Assembly: GCA_963667175.2 (NCBI GenBank)
Contig: CAXXXF010000006.1
Location: 96,001 to 160,000, forward strand
Source of the DNA: Candidatus Latescibacterota bacterium
GTDB lineage: Bacteria > Latescibacterota > UBA2968 > GCA-2709665
Length of the DNA: 64,000 nt
Direction of reading: 5' to 3'
Shown: one piece after another, positions 47,070-56,521 of the stretch
Layout: each line of letters starts with the position of its first letter
Numbering within the stretch: the first letter of the stretch is position 1
Position numbers and translations under genes: made by a program
The notes under the pieces: generated by a model
Told to the model about the DNA's origin: nothing
Database searches by the model: none
Seen by the model: the letters and a program-made list of their open reading frames with translations, nothing else

Positions 47070-47098
47070 AATATATCCAAACCACCCCGGAATGTCAA
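47070..47098 (-). promoter_or_regulatory. Sigma70-like promoter of the respiratory operon
   Basis: TTGACA-N17-TATATT on the minus strand, about 125 bp upstream of the Rieske ATG. Confidence 0.6.
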
Positions 47099-47138
47099 GC
47101 GGCATTTTCTGCAGATTCGCACCTTCCGGGAGCCAATG

Positions 47139-47177
47139 AAAAAGGGATCCGACAGGCGCCCCGACAGCCGGATCCCT
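47139..47177 (-). terminator. Intrinsic terminator after the HEAT-repeat gene
   Basis: AGGGATCCG...CGGATCCCT stem followed by a T tract on the minus strand. Confidence 0.6.
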
Positions 47178-47204
47178 CGCCGAAATTCCATCGGTTCAAC
47201 CGGC

Positions 47205-48113
47205 TCATTCTCCCCCCCATCCATTCAGAACCTCGATGGCGGCCTGCCGGACCCGCAAGTCCGGATCCTGACTACGCAGCCGCTGCAGCGCCGGGGCCAG
47301 CGACGTCGCGTTGAGCATGCCCACGGCCCTGATCGCTTCGACCAGAACGTTACGCCGACCCTCTCCGCTTATCCTTTCGAAACCATTCAGATACCCGGGG
47401 CTCAGCATTTCGCCCAGCACCTCCAGACCCGCGTTGTTACCGGCGGAAGCCAGTTGCAATGCGGCGTTCCAGCGAACGTCGGGGGCCCGGTCGTGAAGCG
47501 CCCGTTCGAGTGCCGACGGCACTCGCGGATCATCGAAATTACCCAGCGCGAATACCGCGGCCTTGCGCAATCCGGCATCGTCGCCTGACGCGACCCTGAT
47601 GAGATGCGGGACGGCCGTGGGATCTGCCTGCGCCCGGAGCGAGAACATCGCGTTGATACGGGTTTCGTCGTCCGGGTCGTCCAGCGCGGAAATCAGAACG
47701 CCGACGAGTTCGGGGTCCCGCACCCGTCCCATCGCCGCGGCCAGAAAGCGCCTCACCCGCGGGTCGTCCGAACGGGAAGCTTCGAAGACCCGGACCAACT
47801 CCCCGACGAACCTGTGGCCGATCCGTCCCTCCCGCTGTTCCTGGTCGAGTACCGTGGCCAGTTCATAGGCCGCCTGCCACCGGCTGTTGATGCCGCCCAC
47901 GCGAATGGTATTGAGATAGTCCTCCGCGGTCTTTCTTTCGGCCGTCAACAACCCCAACCCCAGGTATATGGCAAGCGCCACGAGGATGATCGCCACCGGA
48001 AAGATGACGAACTGCGAAACCAGCCTTGCCCGTGAGACGTCCGCGTCGGAAACCGGAGCGGTGGCGTCGTCCGCGATTTTTCTGAGTTCCTCTTCGGGAG
48101 TCGGTTCGTTCAT
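47205..48113 (-). CDS. Membrane-anchored HEAT/PBS-lyase repeat protein
   Basis: One TM; RWQAAYEL, DPRVRR, VRWNAA repeats. Confidence 0.85.
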   Translation of the reverse strand: MNEPTPEEELRKIADDATAPVSDADVSRARLVSQFVIFPVAIILVALAIYLGLGLLTAERKTAEDYLNTIRVGGINSRWQAAYELATVLDQEQREGRIGHRFVGELVRVFEASRSDDPRVRRFLAAAMGRVRDPELVGVLISALDDPDDETRINAMFSLRAQADPTAVPHLIRVASGDDAGLRKAAVFALGNFDDPRVPSALERALHDRAPDVRWNAALQLASAGNNAGLEVLGEMLSPGYLNGFERISGEGRRNVLVEAIRAVGMLNATSLAPALQRLRSQDPDLRVRQAAIEVLNGWGGE

Positions 48114-48183
48114 TTCAAAGCCTTTGCCAGGAAAAACCGCAAATGCCACCCACCGCGTGGACGCGCGTATGCGCGCGGTTCGA

Positions 48184-48286
48184 AATATACACTGCCCGCG
48201 CGCGCTGTCAAGGATTTGGTCCCCCGCGAAGTTCTCCCGGACCCGGCTCCTTCCTCCTTGACAACCCCCGGCAAAGACCGTATTTT
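48184..48286. promoter_or_regulatory. Back-to-back sigma70-like promoters
   Basis: Minus strand TTGACA-N16-TATATT (48211-48184); plus strand TTGACA-N17-TATTTT (48258-48286). Confidence 0.55.
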
Positions 48287-48344
48287 ATCATCGGACGGCA
48301 CAGATTGCATCTGGAAGTTCCGATCGACAGGAGGTCACAATTCA

Positions 48345-49073
48345 GTGAACGTCGACCTTACCCAGTTTGACGGCATCACCGACCGGGTGGCGCGCGCCAG
48401 GGCCAAAGCCGAGGCCATGCGGAACGCAAAGCAGGGCGGCGGCGCGGAATCGGCGCCCGACGCGGCCAGCGCCGAACTGGAATCATCGGCCGCCCCCGCG
48501 GAAGCCGAACAGGAACCCGCCGGCCTGACCATTCTCGAATTCAGGCCCGGCATCCACTTCAAACTGAACGGGCGCGCCGGACGGACGGTGGGCATCCGTT
48601 ACGATCTGGTCAGTTTCGTGTACGACGACGACCCGGACCAACTCGTTACCTCGGACCGATACCGCCTCAGCCACGCCCACGCCGAAGGCACGCTGGAATT
48701 CGCGCCGAAGTCGGAGGTCTACAGACCGGAGCGCGTCGCGAAGAAAGAACGCGTCGACTTCCACGACCACCTGTGGCTCGAGTCCCGCTCCGGCATGACG
48801 GCCAAGAAGAAACGGCCGCGGCATATTGCCATAATCAACCCGGACTATTGCACCGGCTGCAACGCATGCATCGAAGTCTGTCCGACCGACTGTATCGAGG
48901 AAGTGGACGTGGCCGATGCAGGCCTCGACGGCATCGGCACATTCTGTGAAGTCCGCCTGGAAGACTGCATCGGATGTATCCAGTGCGTGCACATCTGCCC
49001 ATGGGAAGCCATCGAAATGGTGGACACCCCGCGGGTTGAAGAGGCATACGGTATTCCCGTAGGGACGCTGTAG
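48345..49073 (+). CDS. 2x[4Fe-4S] ferredoxin with N-terminal extension and unknown middle domain
   Basis: AGGAGG RBS with GTG start; CTGCNACIEVCP and CIGCIQCVHICP. Confidence 0.85.
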   Translation: MNVDLTQFDGITDRVARARAKAEAMRNAKQGGGAESAPDAASAELESSAAPAEAEQEPAGLTILEFRPGIHFKLNGRAGRTVGIRYDLVSFVYDDDPDQLVTSDRYRLSHAHAEGTLEFAPKSEVYRPERVAKKERVDFHDHLWLESRSGMTAKKKRPRHIAIINPDYCTGCNACIEVCPTDCIEEVDVADAGLDGIGTFCEVRLEDCIGCIQCVHICPWEAIEMVDTPRVEEAYGIPVGTL

Positions 49074-49172
49074 TTCGAAATTGAAAGAGGTCAAATTGAG
49101 AGAGCGTCTACCGGTTCAGGTCGACGCTCTTTTTCCATGGCTGGATTCTCGAACGGCGAACAACGCTGCCCG

Positions 49173-50141
49173 TCAGCTGACACCTGACGTCAGCGCCTCG
49201 GAGACGCAGGCCATGTCCGGCGGCAGATCCGCGTGGAATTCCAGTGCTTTGCTCGATACCGGATGGTTGAAACCGAGCACGCCGGCATGCAACATCTGCC
49301 GATTCGCCAGATCCAGGACCGTCCTGGCCGCGTTCCGCAACGCCGGCGCAATCCCCCGAATCCGTTTCGCGCCCCCTCCGTAGGCGGTATCTCCGAATAC
49401 CGGATGGCCGACGTGGGCGAGATGCACGCGAATCTGATGCGTTCTACCCGTCTCCAGCCGCAACCCCAGCGTCGACGCGAACCCGTGGGACGCCTTTACC
49501 TCGTACCGGGTGGCGGCAGCGCGTCCACCGGTGTCCACCACGGCCATGCGCCTGCGGTCCTCAGGGCTCCTGCCGATGGCCTTCTCGATGCGGCCGCGCT
49601 CCGCCCGGGGTTGCCCCCATACAATGGCGGTATATCGCCTGGTCACCGCACGCGCCTCCAACTGCCCTGCCAGCCCCCGGTGGGCGGCGTCGTTCTTGGC
49701 CACCATCAGCAGACCCGATGTTTCTCTGTCCAGCCGGTGAACGATTCCGGGACGCAGAACGCCGTTGATCCCGGAGAGACCGTCGCAATGGGCAAGGAGG
49801 CCGTTCACCAGAGTTCCGGTTCGCGCGTCTCCCGTGGGATGCACGACCAGGCCTGCAGGCTTGTTGACGACAAGCAGATGCGCGTCTTCAAATAAGACGT
49901 CCAGGGGAATCTCCTCCGGATCGAGTTCGGTCGGTCGGGGGGCAGGCAGACAGACGACGATTCTTTCGCCGGCCGAAACCCGGTAGCTTGATCGAACCGG
50001 TTTTCCGGCTACCAGCACGTCCCCCGAGGCAATCAGCGCCTGGATTCGAGTCCGGGAGAACGGTTCGCAAACGGTCGCCAGCAGGCGGTCCAGCCGGCTG
50101 CCCGCGTGTGAAGGAAGGACGGCAACGTCAATCTTCGTCAT
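49173..50141 (-). CDS. RluA-family (RluD-like) pseudouridine synthase
   Basis: S4 domain, NKPAGLVVHP, HRLDRETSG, TGRTHQIRVH. Confidence 0.95.
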   Translation of the reverse strand: MTKIDVAVLPSHAGSRLDRLLATVCEPFSRTRIQALIASGDVLVAGKPVRSSYRVSAGERIVVCLPAPRPTELDPEEIPLDVLFEDAHLLVVNKPAGLVVHPTGDARTGTLVNGLLAHCDGLSGINGVLRPGIVHRLDRETSGLLMVAKNDAAHRGLAGQLEARAVTRRYTAIVWGQPRAERGRIEKAIGRSPEDRRRMAVVDTGGRAAATRYEVKASHGFASTLGLRLETGRTHQIRVHLAHVGHPVFGDTAYGGGAKRIRGIAPALRNAARTVLDLANRQMLHAGVLGFNHPVSSKALEFHADLPPDMACVSEALTSGVS

Positions 50142-50592
50142 CCTTTCCGCCCTTCAGAAGACCACAGCCCAGGATCAACAGGCCGGCCCCCACCGTGACG
50201 GATGCGTCGGCGACGTTGAACACCCACCAGCGAAGGGATCCGAGTCCGAAATCCAGAAAATCAATCACGGCGCCGAAACGGACCCGGTCGATGACGTTGC
50301 CAACGGCGCCGCCCAGCACAAACGCCAGGCCGGCCGACGCCACCCGCTCCCCGGGCGGCAGCCGAAGCCACGTCACCGCGACGATGATCAATGCCACGCC
50401 GGCGAAAATCAGATGTGCAACGTTCCCGCCCAGCCTCAATCCGAACACGGCGCCGGGATTGTGTATATAGGTCAACCTGAAGAATGAGCCCAGCACGGGA
50501 ATCGACTCGCCGAGGAACATCGATTCCATCACCATCCGCTTTGACACCTGGTCGAGGAAAACGACAACACCGGAAATCCAGAGGCTCCGCAC
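50128..50592 (-). CDS. lspA: Lipoprotein signal peptidase II
   Basis: DQVSK, NPGAVFG, GGAVGNVIDR, VIDF, FNVAD; GTG start inside the longer ORF. Confidence 0.93.
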   Translation of the reverse strand: MRSLWISGVVVFLDQVSKRMVMESMFLGESIPVLGSFFRLTYIHNPGAVFGLRLGGNVAHLIFAGVALIIVAVTWLRLPPGERVASAGLAFVLGGAVGNVIDRVRFGAVIDFLDFGLGSLRWWVFNVADASVTVGAGLLILGCGLLKGGKDDED

Positions 50593-50651
50593 GTCGCCCC
50601 CAATGGTGACGAATCGAACGCGCCCGATCCTGCAACGGGCCGGCGGACGAA

Positions 50652-51035
50652 TTATGAGGAACGAAAACCCTGCCGCTGTTCGCCTTCCTTGCAGGGAACG
50701 CACAGGCGGGTTGTGGGCACGGCCTCCAGACGCGCTTTCGGGATCGCTTTTGTGCATAACCTGCATTCTCCGAACGTCCCCGCCTTTATGCGCAGCAGCG
50801 CGTCCTCCACCTGCGTCAGGTAGGCTCCGTCGCGAGACGCGAACAGGAACGCCTTTTCCCGTTCGATGGAGTCGCTGCCCAACTCCGGCATATGATCCGA
50901 GTAAATCTGTCCGCCGGATGCCTCCTCGGACGTCGCATGCATGGACCTCTGTTCCAGCATCCCCAGATCCTGAACGATGGACAACCGCTTTTTTTCCAGG
51001 ATCTCCCGGAAGTATTTCAGATCTTTCTCGGTCAT
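50652..51035 (-). CDS. TraR/DksA family C4 zinc-finger protein
   Basis: ALLRI..GTFGECRLC...IPKARLEAVP...LCVPC. Confidence 0.9.
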   Translation of the reverse strand: MTEKDLKYFREILEKKRLSIVQDLGMLEQRSMHATSEEASGGQIYSDHMPELGSDSIEREKAFLFASRDGAYLTQVEDALLRIKAGTFGECRLCTKAIPKARLEAVPTTRLCVPCKEGEQRQGFRSS

Positions 51036-51122
51036 CGGCCTCTCCGACTGTCAATCCCAATAGTGCGCACCCGCAGGATGCCGCAATCCTCGCGCGTCCG
51101 TGACGTCCGGACCATATAAACT

Positions 51123-54100
51123 TCAATTACGCAAAATGCCGATTGTGCCGCGCAATCCGTTCACCTGCCATTCCCGCTGAAACTGGCAGGAACCCGGCAG
51201 TTGGCCTACCAGCAATTCCTCGGCAAGCGTCTCCCCGCCGACGTACGCCCGGTAGCGGGTGACCGCACGCTCCAGGCGGCCTTCTCCCAAAACCCCCACC
51301 CGGATGCGGTCGACGACGTTCAATCCCATCTCCTTCCGCATGTTCTGAACGCGGTTTACGAACTCACGCGCGGTACACTCGTCGATCAGATTATCGTCGA
51401 GATGCACGTCCAGCCCCACGCACAGGTTGTTCTCGACCGCAACGACCACGTCGTCTTTCTTCTGACGCCGGATCTGCAGGTCTTCGATAGCGATTTCGCC
51501 CCCCGCAACGGCCAGCTTCTCCCCCGTCTGCAGGCGTTCGACCTCGCGGGGCGCCAAGCCGGCGATCCGTCCGGCCACTTCTTTCATGCGTTTCCCGAAA
51601 CGCGGACCGAGCGATCTGAAATTGGGTCTGTAGGAGATTTCGCTCAATTCGGTCTCATCCTCCACGAACACGATCTCCTTGATATTGAGTTCCTCTGCGA
51701 TCAGCCCCTGCATCGACGCCAGCGCATCGCGCCCGGCGGCATCGGGCGGCAACAGGTAGACCCGTCTCAGCGGTTGACGGACCTTCAGGTCGTGACGGCT
51801 GCGAAGCGACCGGCCGAGGGCGACCGCGCGCATCGCCAGATGCATCTGCGCCTCGAGTTCGGGATCGCGTAACGACTCATCCGCCTGCGGCATTTCGCAC
51901 AGGTGCACACTCTCGGGCGCCTCCGGGTGGCTTCTTCGCACCAGATTCTGATAGATATGCTCGGTTACGAACGGCAGTACAGGCGCCATCGCCTTGACCA
52001 GCACCACCAGCACCTCGTAGAGCGTCTCGTAAACCGCCGCCTTATCCTCGTCGTCTTCCGACTTCCAGAAGCGGCGGCGACTGCGGCGGATGTACCAGTT
52101 AGTCAGCTTTTCCACGAACGAAACCATGACCGGAACGGTCCTGTACAACCGGTAAGCCGACATCTCTGCGTTCATGTCGTGGAGCAGGGTCTGCAGTTCC
52201 GACAGGATCCAGCGGTCCAGTTCGTGTGTGGGCGCGGCTCCGGTCGACGAGGCCGGCGTCCAGCCGTCAATATTTGCATAGGTGACGAAAATCCCGCCGT
52301 ACGCGTTCCACAGTGGGATAATGACCGACCTGAGGCTCTCCTGAATTCCCCGCTCGCTGATTCTCAGTTCCTCGGCCTTGAGCGCCGGGGAGTTGAGGAG
52401 ATACAACCTCAGCGCGTCCGCGCCGTACGCATCCAGCATTTCGGTGGGTTCCGGATAGTTCTTCAGCCGCTTGCTCATCTTGCGTCCGTCTTCAGCCAGC
52501 AGCATCCCGGAAACAATACAATTCCTGAACGCCGGTTCCTCAAATAACGCGGCGGCGAGAACCGTCAGCGTATAAAACCAGCCGCGGGTCTGATCCAGCC
52601 CTTCCGAAATGAAGTCTGCCGGAAAATTCGCCTCGAAAAACGACCGGTTCGCGAAAGGATAGTGTGTCTGGGCGTACGGCATGGACCCGGACTCGAACCA
52701 GCAATCCAGCACCTCGGGTACGCGTTTCAACGTACCCCGCCCGGTGGGGCTGGGAATCTCGATAGAGTCGATCAGGTGCTTGTGCAGATCCTCCACCTTC
52801 CGGCCGCTCAGGCGCTCCAGTTCCTCCCGGCTTCCGAGACAGATCGTCTCCTTCGTCTCCTCATTGCGCCACACCGGTAACGGCGTGCCCCAGTATCGGT
52901 TCCGGCTGATCGCCCAATCACGCGCATCTTCAAGCCATCGTCCGAACCGCCCGGTCTTGATGTGCTCCGGGACCCACCGGATCCGGCGATTGGCTGCGAT
53001 CATCTTCTCCTTGATCGGCTCGATGGCCACAAACCACGTTGAAATCGCCCGATAAATCAGGGGAGAATCGCATCTCCAGCAATAAGGGTAACTGTGTGCC
53101 AGCGTTCCGTCGGAAAACAGCAATTCACTCTTTCGCAGATGCCGCACAATATCGCGGTCGACGTCCTTTACGAAACGTCCCGCATAGTCCGGGACCGCGT
53201 CGGTAAACGCGCAGTCTTCGTCGATCGGGCACACGACCGGGATGCCCTTTTCGACCCCCAGTCGATAGTCGTCTTCGCCAAAACCCGGTGCGACGTGAAC
53301 AATGCCGGTACCGTCGTCGGTGGACACGAAATCGGCCGCAACCACGCGAAACGCGCCGTCGTCTCCCAGATCCGCAAAATAGGGGAACAACGGCTCGTAG
53401 CGCATCTCCAGCAGCCCCTCCGTCGGCTCCGGCGCCACCCGTACCACTTCTCCGTTGCGCCTGCCGAACAGGGCATCGAAGCGCGGCTCCGCAAGGATCA
53501 ACCGCTCTCCGTTCTCCATGTGGACGCGCACGTACCGGATATCCTCCCCCACCGCAAGCGCCATGTTTGAAGGCAGCGTCCACGGGGTGGTTGTCCAGGC
53601 CAGAATCGACGTATCCTTCTGTCCCCGCACTCGGAACCGCACCGTAATCGAAGGATCCTGGGTGTCCCGGTAGCCCCCCAGGTTCACCTCGAAATTCGAA
53701 AGCGGCGTGGCGCACCGCGGACAGTAGGCGAGGGAATAGTAGCCCTCGTAGACCAGGTCCTTCTCCCAGAGGCTCTTGAACACCCACCACACCGACTCCA
53801 TGAAATCCGGATCCATCGTCCTGTACTGGTGGTCCCAGTCCACCCACCGCCCGCATCGCTGGATGACCTGCTTCCACTCCGCCGTGTATTGAAGCACCTG
53901 TTCACGGCAGAACTCGTTGAACCGGTCCACTCCGAATGCAAGGATGTCTTTCCGGGACTTCAGGCCCAGCTGCTTCTCGGCCTCGTTTTCGACCGGCAGA
54001 CCATGGCAATCCCATCCGAAACGCCGGTCCACCCGGTATCCGCGCATCGTCCAGTACCGAGGCACGACGTCTTTGATGATGGAAGCCAGCAGATGACCGT

Positions 54101-54293
54101 AATGCGGAAGCCCGCTGGCGAAGGGCGGTCCGTCATTGAAAATGAACGCGCTGGATGCCGGGCGGGTCGCCACCGACTTCGCAAACGTCCGGTTCTTCTC
54201 CCAGAAACGAAGGACCTCCCGCTCCATTTCGGGAAAGTTCATCCTGCCGGAAACATCTGCAAAACCGTTGCCTGCCTGCTTTAACGCCGCCAT
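51123..54293 (-). CDS. ileS: Isoleucine--tRNA ligase, type 2
   Basis: DGPPFASGLPHYGH, GWDCHGLP, WTTTPWTLP, KMSKR; no C-terminal Zn finger. Confidence 0.97.
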   Translation of the reverse strand: MAALKQAGNGFADVSGRMNFPEMEREVLRFWEKNRTFAKSVATRPASSAFIFNDGPPFASGLPHYGHLLASIIKDVVPRYWTMRGYRVDRRFGWDCHGLPVENEAEKQLGLKSRKDILAFGVDRFNEFCREQVLQYTAEWKQVIQRCGRWVDWDHQYRTMDPDFMESVWWVFKSLWEKDLVYEGYYSLAYCPRCATPLSNFEVNLGGYRDTQDPSITVRFRVRGQKDTSILAWTTTPWTLPSNMALAVGEDIRYVRVHMENGERLILAEPRFDALFGRRNGEVVRVAPEPTEGLLEMRYEPLFPYFADLGDDGAFRVVAADFVSTDDGTGIVHVAPGFGEDDYRLGVEKGIPVVCPIDEDCAFTDAVPDYAGRFVKDVDRDIVRHLRKSELLFSDGTLAHSYPYCWRCDSPLIYRAISTWFVAIEPIKEKMIAANRRIRWVPEHIKTGRFGRWLEDARDWAISRNRYWGTPLPVWRNEETKETICLGSREELERLSGRKVEDLHKHLIDSIEIPSPTGRGTLKRVPEVLDCWFESGSMPYAQTHYPFANRSFFEANFPADFISEGLDQTRGWFYTLTVLAAALFEEPAFRNCIVSGMLLAEDGRKMSKRLKNYPEPTEMLDAYGADALRLYLLNSPALKAEELRISERGIQESLRSVIIPLWNAYGGIFVTYANIDGWTPASSTGAAPTHELDRWILSELQTLLHDMNAEMSAYRLYRTVPVMVSFVEKLTNWYIRRSRRRFWKSEDDEDKAAVYETLYEVLVVLVKAMAPVLPFVTEHIYQNLVRRSHPEAPESVHLCEMPQADESLRDPELEAQMHLAMRAVALGRSLRSRHDLKVRQPLRRVYLLPPDAAGRDALASMQGLIAEELNIKEIVFVEDETELSEISYRPNFRSLGPRFGKRMKEVAGRIAGLAPREVERLQTGEKLAVAGGEIAIEDLQIRRQKKDDVVVAVENNLCVGLDVHLDDNLIDECTAREFVNRVQNMRKEMGLNVVDRIRVGVLGEGRLERAVTRYRAYVGGETLAEELLVGQLPGSCQFQREWQVNGLRGTIGILRN

Positions 54294-54446
54294 GAGGGTT
54301 ATTCCATCAATGGGTAAGTCTGTCATCCTGTGGTTATTGACCGCTTCAACGTCCCGTCATTAGCGGCGCCGCGACCGATCGGAAACCGTCCCTTCCATGC
54401 CGCAGGCCGGTTCAGCCGGTCGTGTCGTGCTTCCGAATATAGGCAA

Positions 54447-54917
54447 TCATCGAATCGACTGACCGTTCACCATCGCGACAATCCGATCTTCGTTTTCCTT
54501 CAGCAGCGCCTTCTGCTCCGGCCACGTCATCACCGGCAGCCGATCGATCGGGAACCAGTCAACGATTTCGTGTCGTTCGACGTCGGTCGGCACGACGTGC
54601 ACCTGCTCGGTCCGATAGAGGAAGTAGTGCGTGGTTTTCCATTCCGTGCGACGATAATTCATCCGTGCCCGCACGCCCATCGACCGGATCAGCTCCATTT
54701 CGGTAAAACCCGCCTCCTCCTCGATCTCGCGTCTCGCGGCTTCCTCGACGGACTCGCCTCGGTCCACGTGCCCCTTGGGAAGCACGTATTCCTCATACGA
54801 CTGTTCACGAATCAGCGCCACCAACACCCGACCGTCCGCCACCCTCGCAACCACGCCCCCCGCCGAGACGGCTTCGGGCGCGTCCCCGGGCTTCCGGTAC
54901 CATCGCTCATCGATCAC
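54447..54917 (-). CDS. NUDIX hydrolase
   Basis: LPKGHVDRGESVEEAARREIEEEAG Nudix box. Confidence 0.92.
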   Translation of the reverse strand: MIDERWYRKPGDAPEAVSAGGVVARVADGRVLVALIREQSYEEYVLPKGHVDRGESVEEAARREIEEEAGFTEMELIRSMGVRARMNYRRTEWKTTHYFLYRTEQVHVVPTDVERHEIVDWFPIDRLPVMTWPEQKALLKENEDRIVAMVNGQSIR

Positions 54918-55801
54918 TGCAACCCACCTAGATAGTGTCCGTACAAGACGTTCAGCCGCTGCCTCGCCTCATCGGGAATGGCGTCGGGCGCCGTGATTAT
55001 CGCGTCTCGCGCCGCGTGCAGGCATTCGCAATCGGTCGTCTCCGGAAGCAGCCCGGAGACTTCTCTCACGACCGCGTTGGCCGTCTGCGTATTGGCCTTC
55101 ATGATCGCCAGTACGGACTCGATTTCGACGTCCCCTTCCTGTTCGTGCCAGCAATCGTAATCCGTGCCCATGGAAAGCACGGCGTAACACATCTCGGCCT
55201 CGCGGGCAAGTTTGGCCTCGGGAAGCGCCGTCATTCCAATCACCGTGGCATCAGCGGCCCGCCGGTAAAAGTGAGACTCCGCCCGGGTCGAAAACTGCGG
55301 CCCTTCCATGCAGATATAGGTGCCGCCTTCGTGAACCACAGCGCCCCGGTTCCGCGCCGCACGCACAACCAGGGAGCGCAGATCCTCGCAAAACGGGTCT
55401 GCGAAGGCAACGTGTCCCGCAACCCCGTCGCCGAAGAACGTGGATGGCCGGATACCCTTGGTACGGTCGAAAACCTGGTCCGGTACCACCATGTCTCCAG
55501 GCCTGATGTGTTCCTTCATGATTCCCACCGCGCCTACCGCGAGAACGTGGGTAATCTCCAGCTGTTTCAAAGCGTGGATATTCGCGCGGTATCTCACCTC
55601 GGACGGCAGCAACCTGTGACCCCGCCCATGGCGGGGCAAAAACACGACCGCGCGTCCGCCGATATCCGTTTCCACCAGAAGATCGGACGGGCGTCCGAAC
55701 GGCGTATCCATCTCACGTTCCCGCACCACCGTGACGCCATCCATCTCATAGAAACCGGATCCGCCGATCACACCCAGGCGCAGTGGGACAGGCTTTGTCA
55801 T
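54914..55801 (-). CDS. mtnP: S-methyl-5'-thioadenosine phosphorylase
   Basis: GVIGGSG, PRHG, EGPQFSTRAES, GMT, TDYDCW. Confidence 0.93.
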   Translation of the reverse strand: MTKPVPLRLGVIGGSGFYEMDGVTVVREREMDTPFGRPSDLLVETDIGGRAVVFLPRHGRGHRLLPSEVRYRANIHALKQLEITHVLAVGAVGIMKEHIRPGDMVVPDQVFDRTKGIRPSTFFGDGVAGHVAFADPFCEDLRSLVVRAARNRGAVVHEGGTYICMEGPQFSTRAESHFYRRAADATVIGMTALPEAKLAREAEMCYAVLSMGTDYDCWHEQEGDVEIESVLAIMKANTQTANAVVREVSGLLPETTDCECLHAARDAIITAPDAIPDEARQRLNVLYGHYLGGLQ

Positions 55802-55822
55802 GGAACCGCTCCGCTCCCGCTT

Positions 55823-56425
55823 CTAAGACACACTCAGGCCAAAGACCTTGAGAACGGCCGCCTTTGCGAAATTCAACAGCAGGATCAACAGAATCGGCGA
55901 CAGATCAAACATCCCCAGCGGCGGAATCAGGCGCCGGAACGGGGCCATCACGGGCTCGGTCAGTGCATGCAGCGTCCAGATCAACCGCCCGTTTCGCAGA
56001 AACGCCATCCAGGAAACGACGATGCGAGCGAGGATCAACACCAGATAGACCGAAATCGCCCCGTAAAAGAGCCAGCCGATGACCTGAAGAAAAGCCACGT
56101 TCAATAACGCCCGAACCACGCCCTCCAGCGCCAGAAGCACGTCGTTGCTGACCCACTTCAGAAAAAACGCGGCCAACAACGTCGCAAGAATCACGAACAA
56201 CGGCGCAATGCCCAGACTGTTGGACGCGGGAAGACTTTGCGCAACCGGCCAGATCATCGGATCGGTCCATTCCCGGACGACCTGGGCCGGCCGGCCAAAG
56301 GGCTGCACCCTGAAAAGTACCCATCGCAGAACCATCAGAACAACGACAACCACAACCGCCGCGAGTACCACGAAATTGACGGCCTCGCGTATATAGTCGA
56401 TTACCCGAAGCAAAACATATAACAT
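55823..56425 (-). CDS. yggT: YggT family protein (two repeats)
   Basis: TDPM/TEPVMAPFRRLIP, FDLSP. Confidence 0.88.
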   Translation of the reverse strand: MLYVLLRVIDYIREAVNFVVLAAVVVVVVLMVLRWVLFRVQPFGRPAQVVREWTDPMIWPVAQSLPASNSLGIAPLFVILATLLAAFFLKWVSNDVLLALEGVVRALLNVAFLQVIGWLFYGAISVYLVLILARIVVSWMAFLRNGRLIWTLHALTEPVMAPFRRLIPPLGMFDLSPILLILLLNFAKAAVLKVFGLSVS

Positions 56426-56521
56426 ACGATGCCCTTCGCTGAGCCCTGCCGACTCGGAAAATCGCGCGTCCGTCCGTCGGCGGGTCGCGGTGATTTCATC
56501 CGGAGACGTTCTGTCCCCGTG

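Noticed and set aside
50593-51126. Apparent 178-aa N-terminal extension of LspA
   Set aside because: It overlaps the DksA-family gene in another frame; LspA homology begins at GTG 50592.
54294-54446. T-box riboswitch upstream of ileS
   Set aside because: No T-box consensus or terminator/antiterminator is seen, and the region is short.
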